Positions 41,463 through 51,196 of a stretch of 64,000 bases of DNA are shown in pieces; the first letter of the stretch is position 1; every line of letters starts with the position of its first letter. Both the position numbers and the translations under genes were made by a program. The DNA is taken from positions 1-64,000 of the forward strand of contig JAUVNS010000009.1 in assembly GCA_030599585.1 (NCBI GenBank), written 5' to 3'. Source of the DNA: Promethearchaeota archaeon (GTDB taxonomy: Archaea > Asgardarchaeota > Lokiarchaeia > Sigyniarchaeales > SOKP01). The notes beneath the pieces are model-generated. The model saw nothing but the letters and a program-made list of their open reading frames with translations. It did no database searches and was not told the origin of the DNA.

Positions 41463-42473
41463 CTATTTGGTTTTAATCTCGTTCCACCTTGGATATATGC
41501 CACGTTCCATAAAAATTTTATTCGTTTCAGCAATAATTCCCGATTTTGCTTTGTAGATTTTCATGGCATCCATGTTAGCTGTACCAAAACCTATTAATTC
41601 TTTTTTGAGGGTCATATACACAATCTGCATGCCAGTTTGAATTCTAGCATCAACATAACACACTCCGGCAGAAGCTAGATCCGCTCCATGGCATAACGCA
41701 TCAACGGCAGTATCTCTCACATAAATTTTAGGGAGGTGGGATACGATTTTCTCCATAGGAAAAATTACTTTTCTTAAATAAGAATCGTCACTTTCATTTC
41801 TATAAATAGTGTAAGCATCTTTTAGATTTTGCAGAGTTATCAAACTTTCATCTTCTCTGAAATGGCCCACCCTCGTCCGCCTTAGCTCTAACATATGAGC
41901 TCCCGAGCATAAAGCTTCACCAATATCAAAACAAAATTTTCGAATATACGTACCTGCTTCACATCCAACTTTAAACAAGATGTGGTTATTATTTATTTCT
42001 AGGACTTTCGCGTAGTAAATCTCTCTTACTCTTAATCTTCTCACAACTGAGGATTTAATTGGAGGTGTCTGATAAATTTTGCCAGTAAAAATTTTGAATA
42101 CTTTTTCAATTTTTTTTAAATTTTCGGGTGCATGTAATAGCATAACTCCTACATATTCTTTCCCCGCATACAATAATGCCGATAGAACTCGAGTAGCTTT
42201 ACCAAGTGCACATGGTAATATTCCAGTAACTTTTGGATCTAACGTGCCCCCATGTCCTGCGTTATCAGTTTCTATGATTTTACGAGCCCACGAAACTACT
42301 TCATGACTTGTGGGACCACTCGGTTTATCTAAATTTATAACTCCATATTTTAATAAGTCCTCAACCTTTCTCTTGTAAGGTTCACATCCATATTTTTCAT
42401 TAGTAACATCTTGGGATTTTACGAGTAATTGTTCTGATTCGTCAGAAGGCAACCTAAATTCTGAATTTTGCAT
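41463..42473 (-). CDS. cbf5: H/ACA pseudouridine synthase Cbf5
   Basis: LDKPSGPTSHEV, GHGGTLDP, GTYIR, ELRRTR, PUA domain. Confidence 0.96.
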   Translation of the reverse strand: MQNSEFRLPSDESEQLLVKSQDVTNEKYGCEPYKRKVEDLLKYGVINLDKPSGPTSHEVVSWARKIIETDNAGHGGTLDPKVTGILPCALGKATRVLSALLYAGKEYVGVMLLHAPENLKKIEKVFKIFTGKIYQTPPIKSSVVRRLRVREIYYAKVLEINNNHILFKVGCEAGTYIRKFCFDIGEALCSGAHMLELRRTRVGHFREDESLITLQNLKDAYTIYRNESDDSYLRKVIFPMEKIVSHLPKIYVRDTAVDALCHGADLASAGVCYVDARIQTGMQIVYMTLKKELIGFGTANMDAMKIYKAKSGIIAETNKIFMERGIYPRWNEIKTK

Positions 42474-42619
42474 GCGGATTAACTGTAAAGAGAAATAATT
42501 ACGAATAATAATTCTTGGTGAAATTAATGTTTATCGATTGTTGGATTTAAGCTAGAGAACAAAAAACGAACACACATTTTTGATTTAAACTTTTTGTACT
42601 ACGCAATTATAGAGATTTG

Positions 42620-42723
42620 CGGGCCATGTGGGAATTTCGCGTTTGTACTATGCGGACAAACATATCGAACCCACGACCTTCAGGTTAAAAGCCTGCTGCG
42701 CTACCTGCCTGCGCTAATGGCCC
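42620..42723 (-). tRNA. tRNA-Lys(UUU) with a 30-nt intron in the T-loop (position 59/60; intron 42634-42663)
   Basis: Acceptor stem GGGCCAT/ATGGCCC, anticodon loop CTTTTAA, T-stem GTGGG/CCCAC interrupted by a perfect bulge-helix-bulge. Confidence 0.92.
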
Positions 42724-42848
42724 AATTTTTAAGGCTAGTATAAAATACTATTTAAATAAAAATGTAATAGATTAAATCTATAATAATTTATAACTTTTTC
42801 TGTAATCATCTATGTAGTACCTTCTATGAATGATTACCCTAAGTTACC

Positions 42849-43865
42849 CTATTTAAAATGTTCATAGCCTTGATTTTTTAATACAAACCTTTTACCCCTC
42901 TTTAGAAAATAGATTTTCTCGTCAGAAATTGCCTTTCCCACTTTAAATAGCCTCCCTCCTTTAGAGTTAACTAACCGTTGAGCTTTAACATAGTCGTCGG
43001 GATCAATTGCAAATAGATGAATGAATTCCTCTCCCCCTTCAAATATCAATTTTTCTAACGATTTAGAAAATTCTTTTGAGTATTCCATAGCTTTTCGGTG
43101 GATTAAATTATCATTGAAATCAATTTCAAAACCCAAATTAGGATTAGATAAAGCTAAATCTTTCAGAGTTTTTGATAAGCCATCAGAAGAGTCTATACTG
43201 GCCGTAGCTAAATTATTATTTGCTAGAATATAAGCTTCTTTTCCCAAATCGTTTGGTTCCAGAACACTATTTATTGCCACGCGATACTTTAAGAAATCTT
43301 TAACATTCGTATCTTTTTGTAAGAGGATATCAAAACCTACGCCTGTTAGGCCAAATTTGTTGTTTATTGCTAGTATATCCCCTGATTTTATACCTTTTCG
43401 ATAAATTATCTCCTTAGGATTCTTAAAACCAAACACAGTTGGATTTATAATAATCTCTTTAGACGAGTTAAGATCGCCCCCAAGATAATTAAGATTCCAT
43501 TTGTTCGAGTAGTCAACAATGCCCTTTATTAATCGTTTAAAATCCACAACAAGTAAATCATTAGGAAGCCCTAATGAAATTATAATACCTTTAGGTTTTA
43601 CTCCCTTAACAACAAGATCGCTAAGGTTCATGAGAACAGACTTAAGTCCCATCTGGTAGAAATTCATTTGTTTTGGAGCGTCAGTTGTAGCGTTAAACAT
43701 GTCTGAGTTAAGAACAAGACATTCTCCTTCTTTTTGGTATTTATATTTAAAAAAAAAAGAATCGTCTCTTCGTAACCTTTTACCTGTTTTACCGTAAATT
43801 GCATCATCTATTAATTCTATTAGCCCAGTTTCACCATAAAAACTAATATTTTCGTTCTGTTTCAT
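42849..43865 (-). CDS. thiL: Thiamine-monophosphate kinase
   Basis: GE..LI, DDS, NLSDL, GGDL, DSSDGL, GGEEF, GYEHF. Confidence 0.88.
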   Translation of the reverse strand: MKQNENISFYGETGLIELIDDAIYGKTGKRLRRDDSFFFKYKYQKEGECLVLNSDMFNATTDAPKQMNFYQMGLKSVLMNLSDLVVKGVKPKGIIISLGLPNDLLVVDFKRLIKGIVDYSNKWNLNYLGGDLNSSKEIIINPTVFGFKNPKEIIYRKGIKSGDILAINNKFGLTGVGFDILLQKDTNVKDFLKYRVAINSVLEPNDLGKEAYILANNNLATASIDSSDGLSKTLKDLALSNPNLGFEIDFNDNLIHRKAMEYSKEFSKSLEKLIFEGGEEFIHLFAIDPDDYVKAQRLVNSKGGRLFKVGKAISDEKIYFLKRGKRFVLKNQGYEHFK

Positions 43866-43926
43866 TAGTAAAATTTTATAATTTTCTAAAATTTATAATT
43901 TTTATAATCTATATATTAATTAGTTT

Positions 43927-44016
43927 GCCTTTGTGGCTTAGTCGTAGAGCGACTGATTCGTAAAATCTTTGATTCGAATCATCAGTAGGCCGGGGGTTCA
44001 ACTCCCCCCAAAGGCT
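43927..44016 (+). tRNA. tRNA-Thr(CGU) with an 18-nt canonical intron (37/38; 43963-43980)
   Basis: GCCTTTG/CAAAGGC acceptor, ACTGA/TCAGT anticodon stem, BHB TTCG-TAA...CGAA-TCA, GGGGG-TTCAACT-CCCCC T-arm. Confidence 0.93.
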
Positions 44017-44020
44017 CTAG

Positions 44021-45037
44021 TTAAAAGTCTTGAGTTTCTATAAATTTTTTAATTATTTGTAAAGCAAGCATTTTAAAGGCATCGTCTATATTTTCTCCTG
44101 TTTTAGCAGAGGTTTCGACGTAAGTCAATGCCAAATTTTGCGCCAACGCCTCTCCCTCGTCGCGAGACACTACTCTCTTAGACTCTAAGTCTATTTTATT
44201 TCCCACTAAAATTAGTACAATATCAGGGGAAGCTTTTTTAATTTCACGATACCAATTTTTATCAATATTTTCAAAACTTGATCGATTAGTTACATCGTAG
44301 ACTAAAATACCCGCTTCGGCGTTAGCTAAATACGACTGTCTAACGCGTTTAAACTGCGCTTGGCCCGCTAAATCCCATATTATGAATCTTACTGTACTTT
44401 CAAGTTCTTTAAACTTACACTCCTTCTTCATAATAGAAGTCCCAATAGTAGATTTATAATCAGTCTCAAACTCATTTTCGACGTACCTATGCACCATACT
44501 CGTTTTACCTACTGCGCCGTCACCTCCTAAAATTAACTTAAAGGCATACTCTCCTGATTTTATGTTAACTTTTTGAAGTTTATCAAGTTTTCGCTGAACA
44601 TTGTTGCCGCCACTCTCTGCAACTAATTTAGGTATAACGGGGCTTACAGTTCTACCGTCAAAAATCCTCGCGATCTTTTCAGCAGCCAAATATGCGTAAG
44701 GGAAAACAGAATCAACCCCGGCTATAGCATCCAGAACAGTAACTAAAACTGCTTCAGGACCAGATTCGCAAAAAATGAATCTATAATCTTCTGTATCGAA
44801 AGTTCCCGTTCCAAAGGATCCTGAACTAAATTCTTCAGTAATTCTAGTTAAAACTGGCTCTACTAAAGCACTAATTCCACTGATAATTTCATCGTTAAGC
44901 GATCTTTCTGAAGATCCTCCTAAGGAATCCATGATCAATCCGTCTCTATTTACAATAAGCGCAGCAACTAAATTATCACCAAGACTCTGCTTATACCACT
45001 GTAGTAACGCAGCTAATTTTTTTGTATCGACTGACAA
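44021..45037 (-). CDS. Roadblock/LC7 domain-Rab-like GTPase fusion
   Basis: N-terminal LVAALIVNRDGLIM roadblock pattern; GDGAVGKT, WDLAGQ, NKID, ETSAK. Confidence 0.9.
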   Translation of the reverse strand: MSVDTKKLAALLQWYKQSLGDNLVAALIVNRDGLIMDSLGGSSERSLNDEIISGISALVEPVLTRITEEFSSGSFGTGTFDTEDYRFIFCESGPEAVLVTVLDAIAGVDSVFPYAYLAAEKIARIFDGRTVSPVIPKLVAESGGNNVQRKLDKLQKVNIKSGEYAFKLILGGDGAVGKTSMVHRYVENEFETDYKSTIGTSIMKKECKFKELESTVRFIIWDLAGQAQFKRVRQSYLANAEAGILVYDVTNRSSFENIDKNWYREIKKASPDIVLILVGNKIDLESKRVVSRDEGEALAQNLALTYVETSAKTGENIDDAFKMLALQIIKKFIETQDF

Positions 45038-45178
45038 TTTTTTATACTATCTTTTTTTAAGAATTAAATAGCACTACGATATTAATATGTAGATGGTCTT
45101 GCATAAAAATTTTTTTACTAAAAAAAGTTGGGTTTAACTGGTTAAACGATAATATCAACGAGGATAACACCGGGAGGT

Positions 45179-45985
45179 TCATTTACCCTTAAACTTTGGT
45201 TTTCTCTTTTCTAAGAAAGCGTTAATACCTTCTTGAAAATCTCTAGTCCCAGCACAAATCTTTATCTTTTCAGATTCGCTTTTTAAATGCGAGATTAGAT
45301 CGTTTTTATAGGAATGATTTAACAGATCTTTTATGTGTTGATAAGCGATTGTAGGACCTTGGCTTATTTTCAACGCAATTTTTTTTACTTCGCTTAGGAA
45401 ATCTTTATCGTCTGAAATAGTCATTGATACCAACCCAAAAGTCTTTGCTTCTTTTGCTGTAATTGTTCGATTTAACAGAATCATATCTGTTGCAAGGGAT
45501 AAACCTACTAATTTTGGCAAGTGATAAGATGTTGAAGAATCAGGTGACAATCCAATCCCCGAGAATGCGGCTCCAAAATTTGCGTTATCGCTGCAGATTC
45601 TTATATCACAGCTACAAGCGTAACCGAGAGACGCACCAAAACATAAACCATTGATAGCCGCTAAAGAGGGGACCCTCAAAGTCTTCAATAATTTTATCCC
45701 CTCGTGTAATTTATCTGCTAATTTACCCATAAACTCTTGGGGTGCCTTGGCTTCTTTAAATTCCTTTATATCGCCCCCCACCGAAAAGCACCCTCCCATT
45801 CCCGTAATAATCAGGCATTTTAACGATTTTATCGATTTCAAATCTTTAATAGCTAAGCAAAATTCACTTACAAGTTTAAAATTGAAAGCATTCAGTGATT
45901 TCGGGCGATTAAAATAAAGGATTACAATACCATTGGATTCGTTTAACGTAACTTTTATATTTTCGTAATTAAACATAAGAATCAA
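45179..45985 (-). CDS. Enoyl-CoA hydratase/isomerase family (PaaG-like)
   Basis: NRPKSLNA, FSVGGDI, AAINGLCFGA, GLSPD, EGINAFLEKRKPKF. Confidence 0.9.
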   Translation of the reverse strand: MILMFNYENIKVTLNESNGIVILYFNRPKSLNAFNFKLVSEFCLAIKDLKSIKSLKCLIITGMGGCFSVGGDIKEFKEAKAPQEFMGKLADKLHEGIKLLKTLRVPSLAAINGLCFGASLGYACSCDIRICSDNANFGAAFSGIGLSPDSSTSYHLPKLVGLSLATDMILLNRTITAKEAKTFGLVSMTISDDKDFLSEVKKIALKISQGPTIAYQHIKDLLNHSYKNDLISHLKSESEKIKICAGTRDFQEGINAFLEKRKPKFKGK

Positions 45986-46124
45986 TTCAAAAAAATACTT
46001 AAATGATAAAAGAATCTAAACAAATAAAATTTTTAACATTTCATTAATTTAGTTCGATTAAAACAAGTTTTATTTGTATTTAAACCTTATAAAGAAATAA
46101 AACACTTTCTACTCGTAATATCAA

Positions 46125-46209
46125 GCAGGAGTTGCCAAGCCTGGTCAACGGTGCTAGACCGAGGCTCTAGTCTCATAGGAGTTCGAGGGTTCGAATCCCT
46201 CCTCCTGCA
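46125..46209 (+). tRNA. tRNA-Leu(GAG), long variable arm, C at position 33
   Basis: GCAGGAG/CTCCTGC acceptor with A73, CTAGA-CCGAGGC-TCTAG anticodon arm, GAGGG-TTCGAAT-CCCTC T-arm. Confidence 0.9.
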
Positions 46210-46284
46210 CTTCTTATTAAATTTTAATCTGCATAGAACTTAAATTAACATAGACAAATAAAAGTTAAAAGATATATTAAAAAG

Positions 46285-47511
46285 TTGACATGTATTGAGA
46301 AATTTATGAATACTATTTTAAGCTTAGATCTAAATCATTTAGATGCTTCAATGGATCATGTTAAAGCCTTAGCTTTTACTCGTTCGCTTTCATCCACCGG
46401 AGAAACTAAAGCAGCTCTCTATATCAAAAATGAGATGGATGAGGAGAACATTGATTGTTTGATTGATTATTTTGCCTTTACAGGAGCTAAAAGGCTTTTT
46501 ATGAGGTTGACTTATATCATTTTATTTACTTATCTGATCGTTTTTCGTTTGTTATTAATTATATTTGCTTATTTTTCTCTCAAGTATCTTTTTCCACGCA
46601 TTCGAAATTACTCCTTAGTAGGAAAGGAGGGATCAAAAAATGTAATTGCAAAAATTAAAGCCGCTAAAAAGCAGAAGAAACGCTCAGTAGTAATATTGTC
46701 CGCTCATTACGATACATTTTCCACAAACCTTCCGTATGGGATACAAAAGATTTTCTTCTTTTTATTTAGAATTATTCTTATCCCTTATGTTATATTCGCC
46801 GTGGTCATTGCAAATTTCTTTTTTATTGCTGAAAGCTCGACAGAATCAACTCAGTTGATACTTTATTTTACGTTAATTGAATTTGCTATGACAACAATCA
46901 TCTTTTTACTTATATACGACAATAACCGCTCTATGGGATCTGTTGATAACGCTAGTGGAGTTGCCATTTTAATTGAACTAGCAAAATCATTAAAGAGGAA
47001 TCCCCTTGAAAACTACGATGTAATCCTATTATGGAGTGGAGGTGAAGAATGGGGCTTAAAAGGATCAAAAGCATTTTGTAATAAGTACCGAAATTACTTA
47101 GAAGAAAAATATGATTTACATAGTTCTTTCAATATAAATATAGATATGGTTGGTTCATATGTAGGACTTGAAACCCACAGCTCATTACATTTAAGGCGAC
47201 GGATAAAAAAGTTTGACTTAAATAAAAAACTTGAAGAAACCGCAAATGAATTGAATATTCCAATAACTGTATATGATAAAATCTTTGAAACTAAAACAGA
47301 TCACAAATCTTTTCAAACATTTGCAAAAAAAACTAAATCATCATTTCAAGTGGCTAACTTTCATTCCGCAAAGGATTCTAAATTCATCCATTCCTCTAGA
47401 GATACTCCCGATAAATGCTACCCTGAAATTTTGAATGGGTGTTTGGAAATCTGTTATGAAACTTTAAAATCTATTGATTCAACTACTTTTACTTCAAAAG
47501 AAATTAGATAA
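46285..47511 (+). CDS. M28 family metallopeptidase with inserted TM helices
   Basis: SAHYD, GSVDNASG, GGEEWGLKGS, NIDMVG, TDH, IHS..D. Confidence 0.85.
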   Translation: MTCIEKFMNTILSLDLNHLDASMDHVKALAFTRSLSSTGETKAALYIKNEMDEENIDCLIDYFAFTGAKRLFMRLTYIILFTYLIVFRLLLIIFAYFSLKYLFPRIRNYSLVGKEGSKNVIAKIKAAKKQKKRSVVILSAHYDTFSTNLPYGIQKIFFFLFRIILIPYVIFAVVIANFFFIAESSTESTQLILYFTLIEFAMTTIIFLLIYDNNRSMGSVDNASGVAILIELAKSLKRNPLENYDVILLWSGGEEWGLKGSKAFCNKYRNYLEEKYDLHSSFNINIDMVGSYVGLETHSSLHLRRRIKKFDLNKKLEETANELNIPITVYDKIFETKTDHKSFQTFAKKTKSSFQVANFHSAKDSKFIHSSRDTPDKCYPEILNGCLEICYETLKSIDSTTFTSKEIR

Positions 47512-50500
47512 CTTCTGTTGTTTTATCTTAGGATTATTCGTGAGACTTTCAACGTATTCTTTTATTAGTTCCATCCGTTGTATAGCATAGGCGTCTAAAT
47601 TAAAATCTCTGCTAAGCTTTAGAGCTTTTGGGATATATTTTTCAATTCCACCACGATTAACCGTCAATATAACATTACCTCCACATTTTGGGCACTTTCC
47701 AGCATTCGAGAGAGGGGGGCGTCTGTATTTCTCGTTACATTTCACGCACCTAAAAGTCTGTAAGGCATATTTTCTTAGGTTTCCCATTATATCGGGATTA
47801 AAGTGTGTTGTTAAAATCTTCTCAGCAACTTTTTTATCGTTAACTGCTTTTATAATTTTAGCTAGGTGCAGTTGTGCGTTTATCTTATCTTCCATGCTTG
47901 CATAGGTCTTATATGCTGTAGTTGTAGGACCGTTGTTAATATCGCTAGTTGGTATGTTGAAACCCAGATTTTCGTATTGCGCTGATGTTCCTAACCGACT
48001 TTTCACTAAATTCATTTTCTTTTCTAATTCAAATGGCATAAGATATTCTTGTGTTGCAATATAAAACTCTAGAGGATATTTAAACAATGTATCAATATTA
48101 TGAGCTTCACTATCGACTTCATTAGGGTCTAATAAAGAGGATATCACTAAAGTAGCGTCCATTCTACCTCCTATTTTGCTTGGTAAATAATACCTCGAGA
48201 AATTTAACAATGGATCTAAAAGAAGCATAATCCCATCCTCATCTCCATCGCAGTTTCTACGTTTCGCTGCGTGCCAAAAAGGGTGAGCGTAAATCGATCG
48301 CGCAGGCGAAAAACCAATGATTCTTCCGATAATTCCCGCGCTAGTATGAGGGGCAAGTCCTACAGCTAAATGACCAATCAAATCTTCTCTCTTAGTAAAA
48401 TTGTAAAATTTGTCTAGATTATAGAACAATTCTAATTCATCGTCTATAAAGTTAGCAATTTTAATAAAATACTGAGCACAATCGTCTGAAAGGATGACAT
48501 CCTGCACTTTAAGTTCTAAGATCTGATTTTCGTTATTTAATTCGTTAGCTTTATAGTCTAAATCATATCCCAATTCGATTAATCTACTTACAGAAGTTGC
48601 AATTTCTTTGGGTTTGAAATGAGTTAATGGAATATCAGTGGCGTCGTATCGAATTTCCGCAGTTTTATACACCATTAACCCATTTTTGGCTCGAAGTATT
48701 CCCTTCATTAGCGGTTCTGGAACTTTAAATTTATTTGTCAATCCTAGAATTCCTTTAAATTTGTCCGGGATAGACATATTTAATGAGTTGAGTATTGTTT
48801 TTGAATAATTTTCTATATTAAAAGAAGCCTCCTTAGAGAAGTTTAAAAAGCCTCCGCATTGCTGGCATTTTTCTTCATTTTTAGTGTAATATTTGTTACA
48901 TTTTAGACAGATTTTCTGAAATTCGGTATGATATCCACATTTAGGGCACAGATTAAATGGAGTTATGGACGAACAATTCGGGCATTTCTTTCTACATATA
49001 TCAATTTTTATTCTTCCCAGCTTAATCGCCTTCTGTACCAATCTTGTATTTCCAATTTTATCACTGAGAGGAAATAAGCTTTGAACACCCTTCATACTTT
49101 TTCTTTCAGACTTCTCAGGGCGTCCCATGCGAGTCCCCATATAATATGGGGCTTTATTTCTAATTTCGATGGGAGAAATGGTCGAAAAATAATTGAAGAC
49201 ATTGTCTTCATTTTTTATATCAACAAATTCCTTTTGGTTTAAATTGAATATCGTTTCGTATATTTCCGTTGTTGACTCATCAAGAATTAAGCAACCATCA
49301 TTAAGTTCATGGGGAACAAATGCTCTTTCTAGAATTTCCTTAATGGTAGTTCTATTTTTTAAATATATTTTCTTAGTCTTATCATCATAGCCCGAAGTCA
49401 AAGCTTCTCTTAAAGTGCTCAAATCACTTACGGAAATGTTTCCCCAATAATCGGTGTATTTAGGATGCAAGGGCACGGCAAATTTTTTTGCTAAATTGAT
49501 CGCCTCTTTTGCCGAGGGAATGTTATTAAAAGGATCTTCGATAAATTTTTGAGATTCGTTGTTTGATCCTAGTTCACTTTTTAGCGCTTCCTCTAACTCT
49601 AAAGCCCACCATTCTTCAACATAACCAGATGGGACCAGTTTGTGGTTATTTTCAGAAAACTCCCCAAATCCAAAGAGAATATCTCCCAGAAAAAGAATTT
49701 CTTTTATATCATGAAAGAGTTCTTTTGCCTTTTTTCTGCTCGAAATCCTTACTACACTTCCGTTTTTCAGTTTTACAATTGGTGGTTCTATCGAGTTCAC
49801 AGGACAAATACTGGTGCTTTTTCCAGGTCTTTCAATTCTCAATTGTGTTCCAATTGCTATAAAATTGTCTAAAACTGCCATAGTAGCAGGATGCAATCCT
49901 CCCGCAGCTAATCCGGTATTACGCGATCTTCCATAACGCATTCTATGCCCACCAATTTTGGAAGGGTGGCTAAAAACGGGTCTACCTGCGATAATGTCAG
50001 AAACATATTTAGAGTTAGGAGTGATTTTAATAGTAGATTTGCTCTCTAAATCGTCATTTTTGATTACTTTCTCATCCTTTTGTGCTATCTCTTTTAGCTT
50101 TCCTAGCCAATCCCAACCTTCTAATTTCATATTTTGAGCAATCTTAAGAAGTTTTGGCGCTTTAAGTAATATCCCATCGTTTAATACTAAACAAGCACCG
50201 CCTCTAATTTTATTTGTTTTGATTCTAGGTAATCCCCTAAATGCTGATACTTCTTCATCTTCAGTAGAGTCTCCATTTATCTCAACAGGTAGATGCTCTA
50301 CGGCGTATCGAATCTCGTCGTTAGAAGAGGGATATTGTAAGTGAACTCTCCGATCGTATAATTTGACTTCTTCAACGAATCGTCCTATCTCACCCTCAGT
50401 CGCCTCATATTTTGGAATATTTGATCGTTTTCTAACATAATCCGCAATCAGAACGCATAAAGCGGCTGTGGTACCTCCAGCAGCCCTAATCGGACCTGCA

Positions 50501-50928
50501 AAATATAATGATAAGTATTTTTTGTTGTGCTGATCTTCTCGTATTAATATTTTTGATATTCCTTCAAGAGGGGCGCTAACGACACCCATGGTTTTAATAG
50601 CAAGACCCACCCTGATAGCCCTTTCGACCCTTTCCTCTAAAGAGTCAATATTTACGATTTTTTGGCTTAAAATGTCAGAAACTACTTGAAACACAATCTC
50701 ATCTTCGCTTTTTCCTTGTTGTTTTAAAACTCTTATCACATCAGCGACGCCCTTTGGTCCTATAAGTTTTTCTACTCTTCCTGCTAAATCTTTAGCTTGA
50801 GGAGATTCTACAAAAGTTTCAGGATCAAGTCCTTTTTGGCGTGCTTTTTCTGCGATTTCGTAGCAAATATCAACATCTTTTTGTAACAGAGAAAAGTAGT
50901 CTTCCATTTTTTTACTCATTTCTACCAT
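47494..50928 (-). CDS. polC: DNA polymerase D large subunit DP2
   Basis: GPIRAAGGT, RYGRSRNTG, GTRMGRPEK, HAAKRRNCDGDED catalytic motif; no intein. Confidence 0.98.
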   Translation of the reverse strand: MVEMSKKMEDYFSLLQKDVDICYEIAEKARQKGLDPETFVESPQAKDLAGRVEKLIGPKGVADVIRVLKQQGKSEDEIVFQVVSDILSQKIVNIDSLEERVERAIRVGLAIKTMGVVSAPLEGISKILIREDQHNKKYLSLYFAGPIRAAGGTTAALCVLIADYVRKRSNIPKYEATEGEIGRFVEEVKLYDRRVHLQYPSSNDEIRYAVEHLPVEINGDSTEDEEVSAFRGLPRIKTNKIRGGACLVLNDGILLKAPKLLKIAQNMKLEGWDWLGKLKEIAQKDEKVIKNDDLESKSTIKITPNSKYVSDIIAGRPVFSHPSKIGGHRMRYGRSRNTGLAAGGLHPATMAVLDNFIAIGTQLRIERPGKSTSICPVNSIEPPIVKLKNGSVVRISSRKKAKELFHDIKEILFLGDILFGFGEFSENNHKLVPSGYVEEWWALELEEALKSELGSNNESQKFIEDPFNNIPSAKEAINLAKKFAVPLHPKYTDYWGNISVSDLSTLREALTSGYDDKTKKIYLKNRTTIKEILERAFVPHELNDGCLILDESTTEIYETIFNLNQKEFVDIKNEDNVFNYFSTISPIEIRNKAPYYMGTRMGRPEKSERKSMKGVQSLFPLSDKIGNTRLVQKAIKLGRIKIDICRKKCPNCSSITPFNLCPKCGYHTEFQKICLKCNKYYTKNEEKCQQCGGFLNFSKEASFNIENYSKTILNSLNMSIPDKFKGILGLTNKFKVPEPLMKGILRAKNGLMVYKTAEIRYDATDIPLTHFKPKEIATSVSRLIELGYDLDYKANELNNENQILELKVQDVILSDDCAQYFIKIANFIDDELELFYNLDKFYNFTKREDLIGHLAVGLAPHTSAGIIGRIIGFSPARSIYAHPFWHAAKRRNCDGDEDGIMLLLDPLLNFSRYYLPSKIGGRMDATLVISSLLDPNEVDSEAHNIDTLFKYPLEFYIATQEYLMPFELEKKMNLVKSRLGTSAQYENLGFNIPTSDINNGPTTTAYKTYASMEDKINAQLHLAKIIKAVNDKKVAEKILTTHFNPDIMGNLRKYALQTFRCVKCNEKYRRPPLSNAGKCPKCGGNVILTVNRGGIEKYIPKALKLSRDFNLDAYAIQRMELIKEYVESLTNNPKIKQQKLSNFF

Positions 50929-51196
50929 AATTGTGTCAGCACATTGATAGGATAATTAATCTTATTGTTAAAAATTAGGTTACATAATGTTAAATTTCTA
51001 GGTTCAAAATAAAATATTTTATTAATAGGTTAGTTGAATCGAACTATTTGAATTTGAGGAGTTTTAAAGTTTTTGATAAAAGTATGAGAATTAGCATGCC
51101 CTCCTAATAATTATAAACATTGTTTAATCTTTAATAGTAAATAATTTATCTTTATTTTTTTATAGATATAATAATTCTATCAAGGGAGAACCAGAC

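Noticed and set aside
43927-46209. Integrated element between tRNA-Thr and tRNA-Leu
   Set aside because: No integrase and no duplicated tRNA 3' end were seen.
47494-50928. Intein in DP2 (also considered for NrdD, RtcB, Cdc6 and RpoB)
   Set aside because: Lengths are normal, catalytic motifs are contiguous, and no intein termini are visible.
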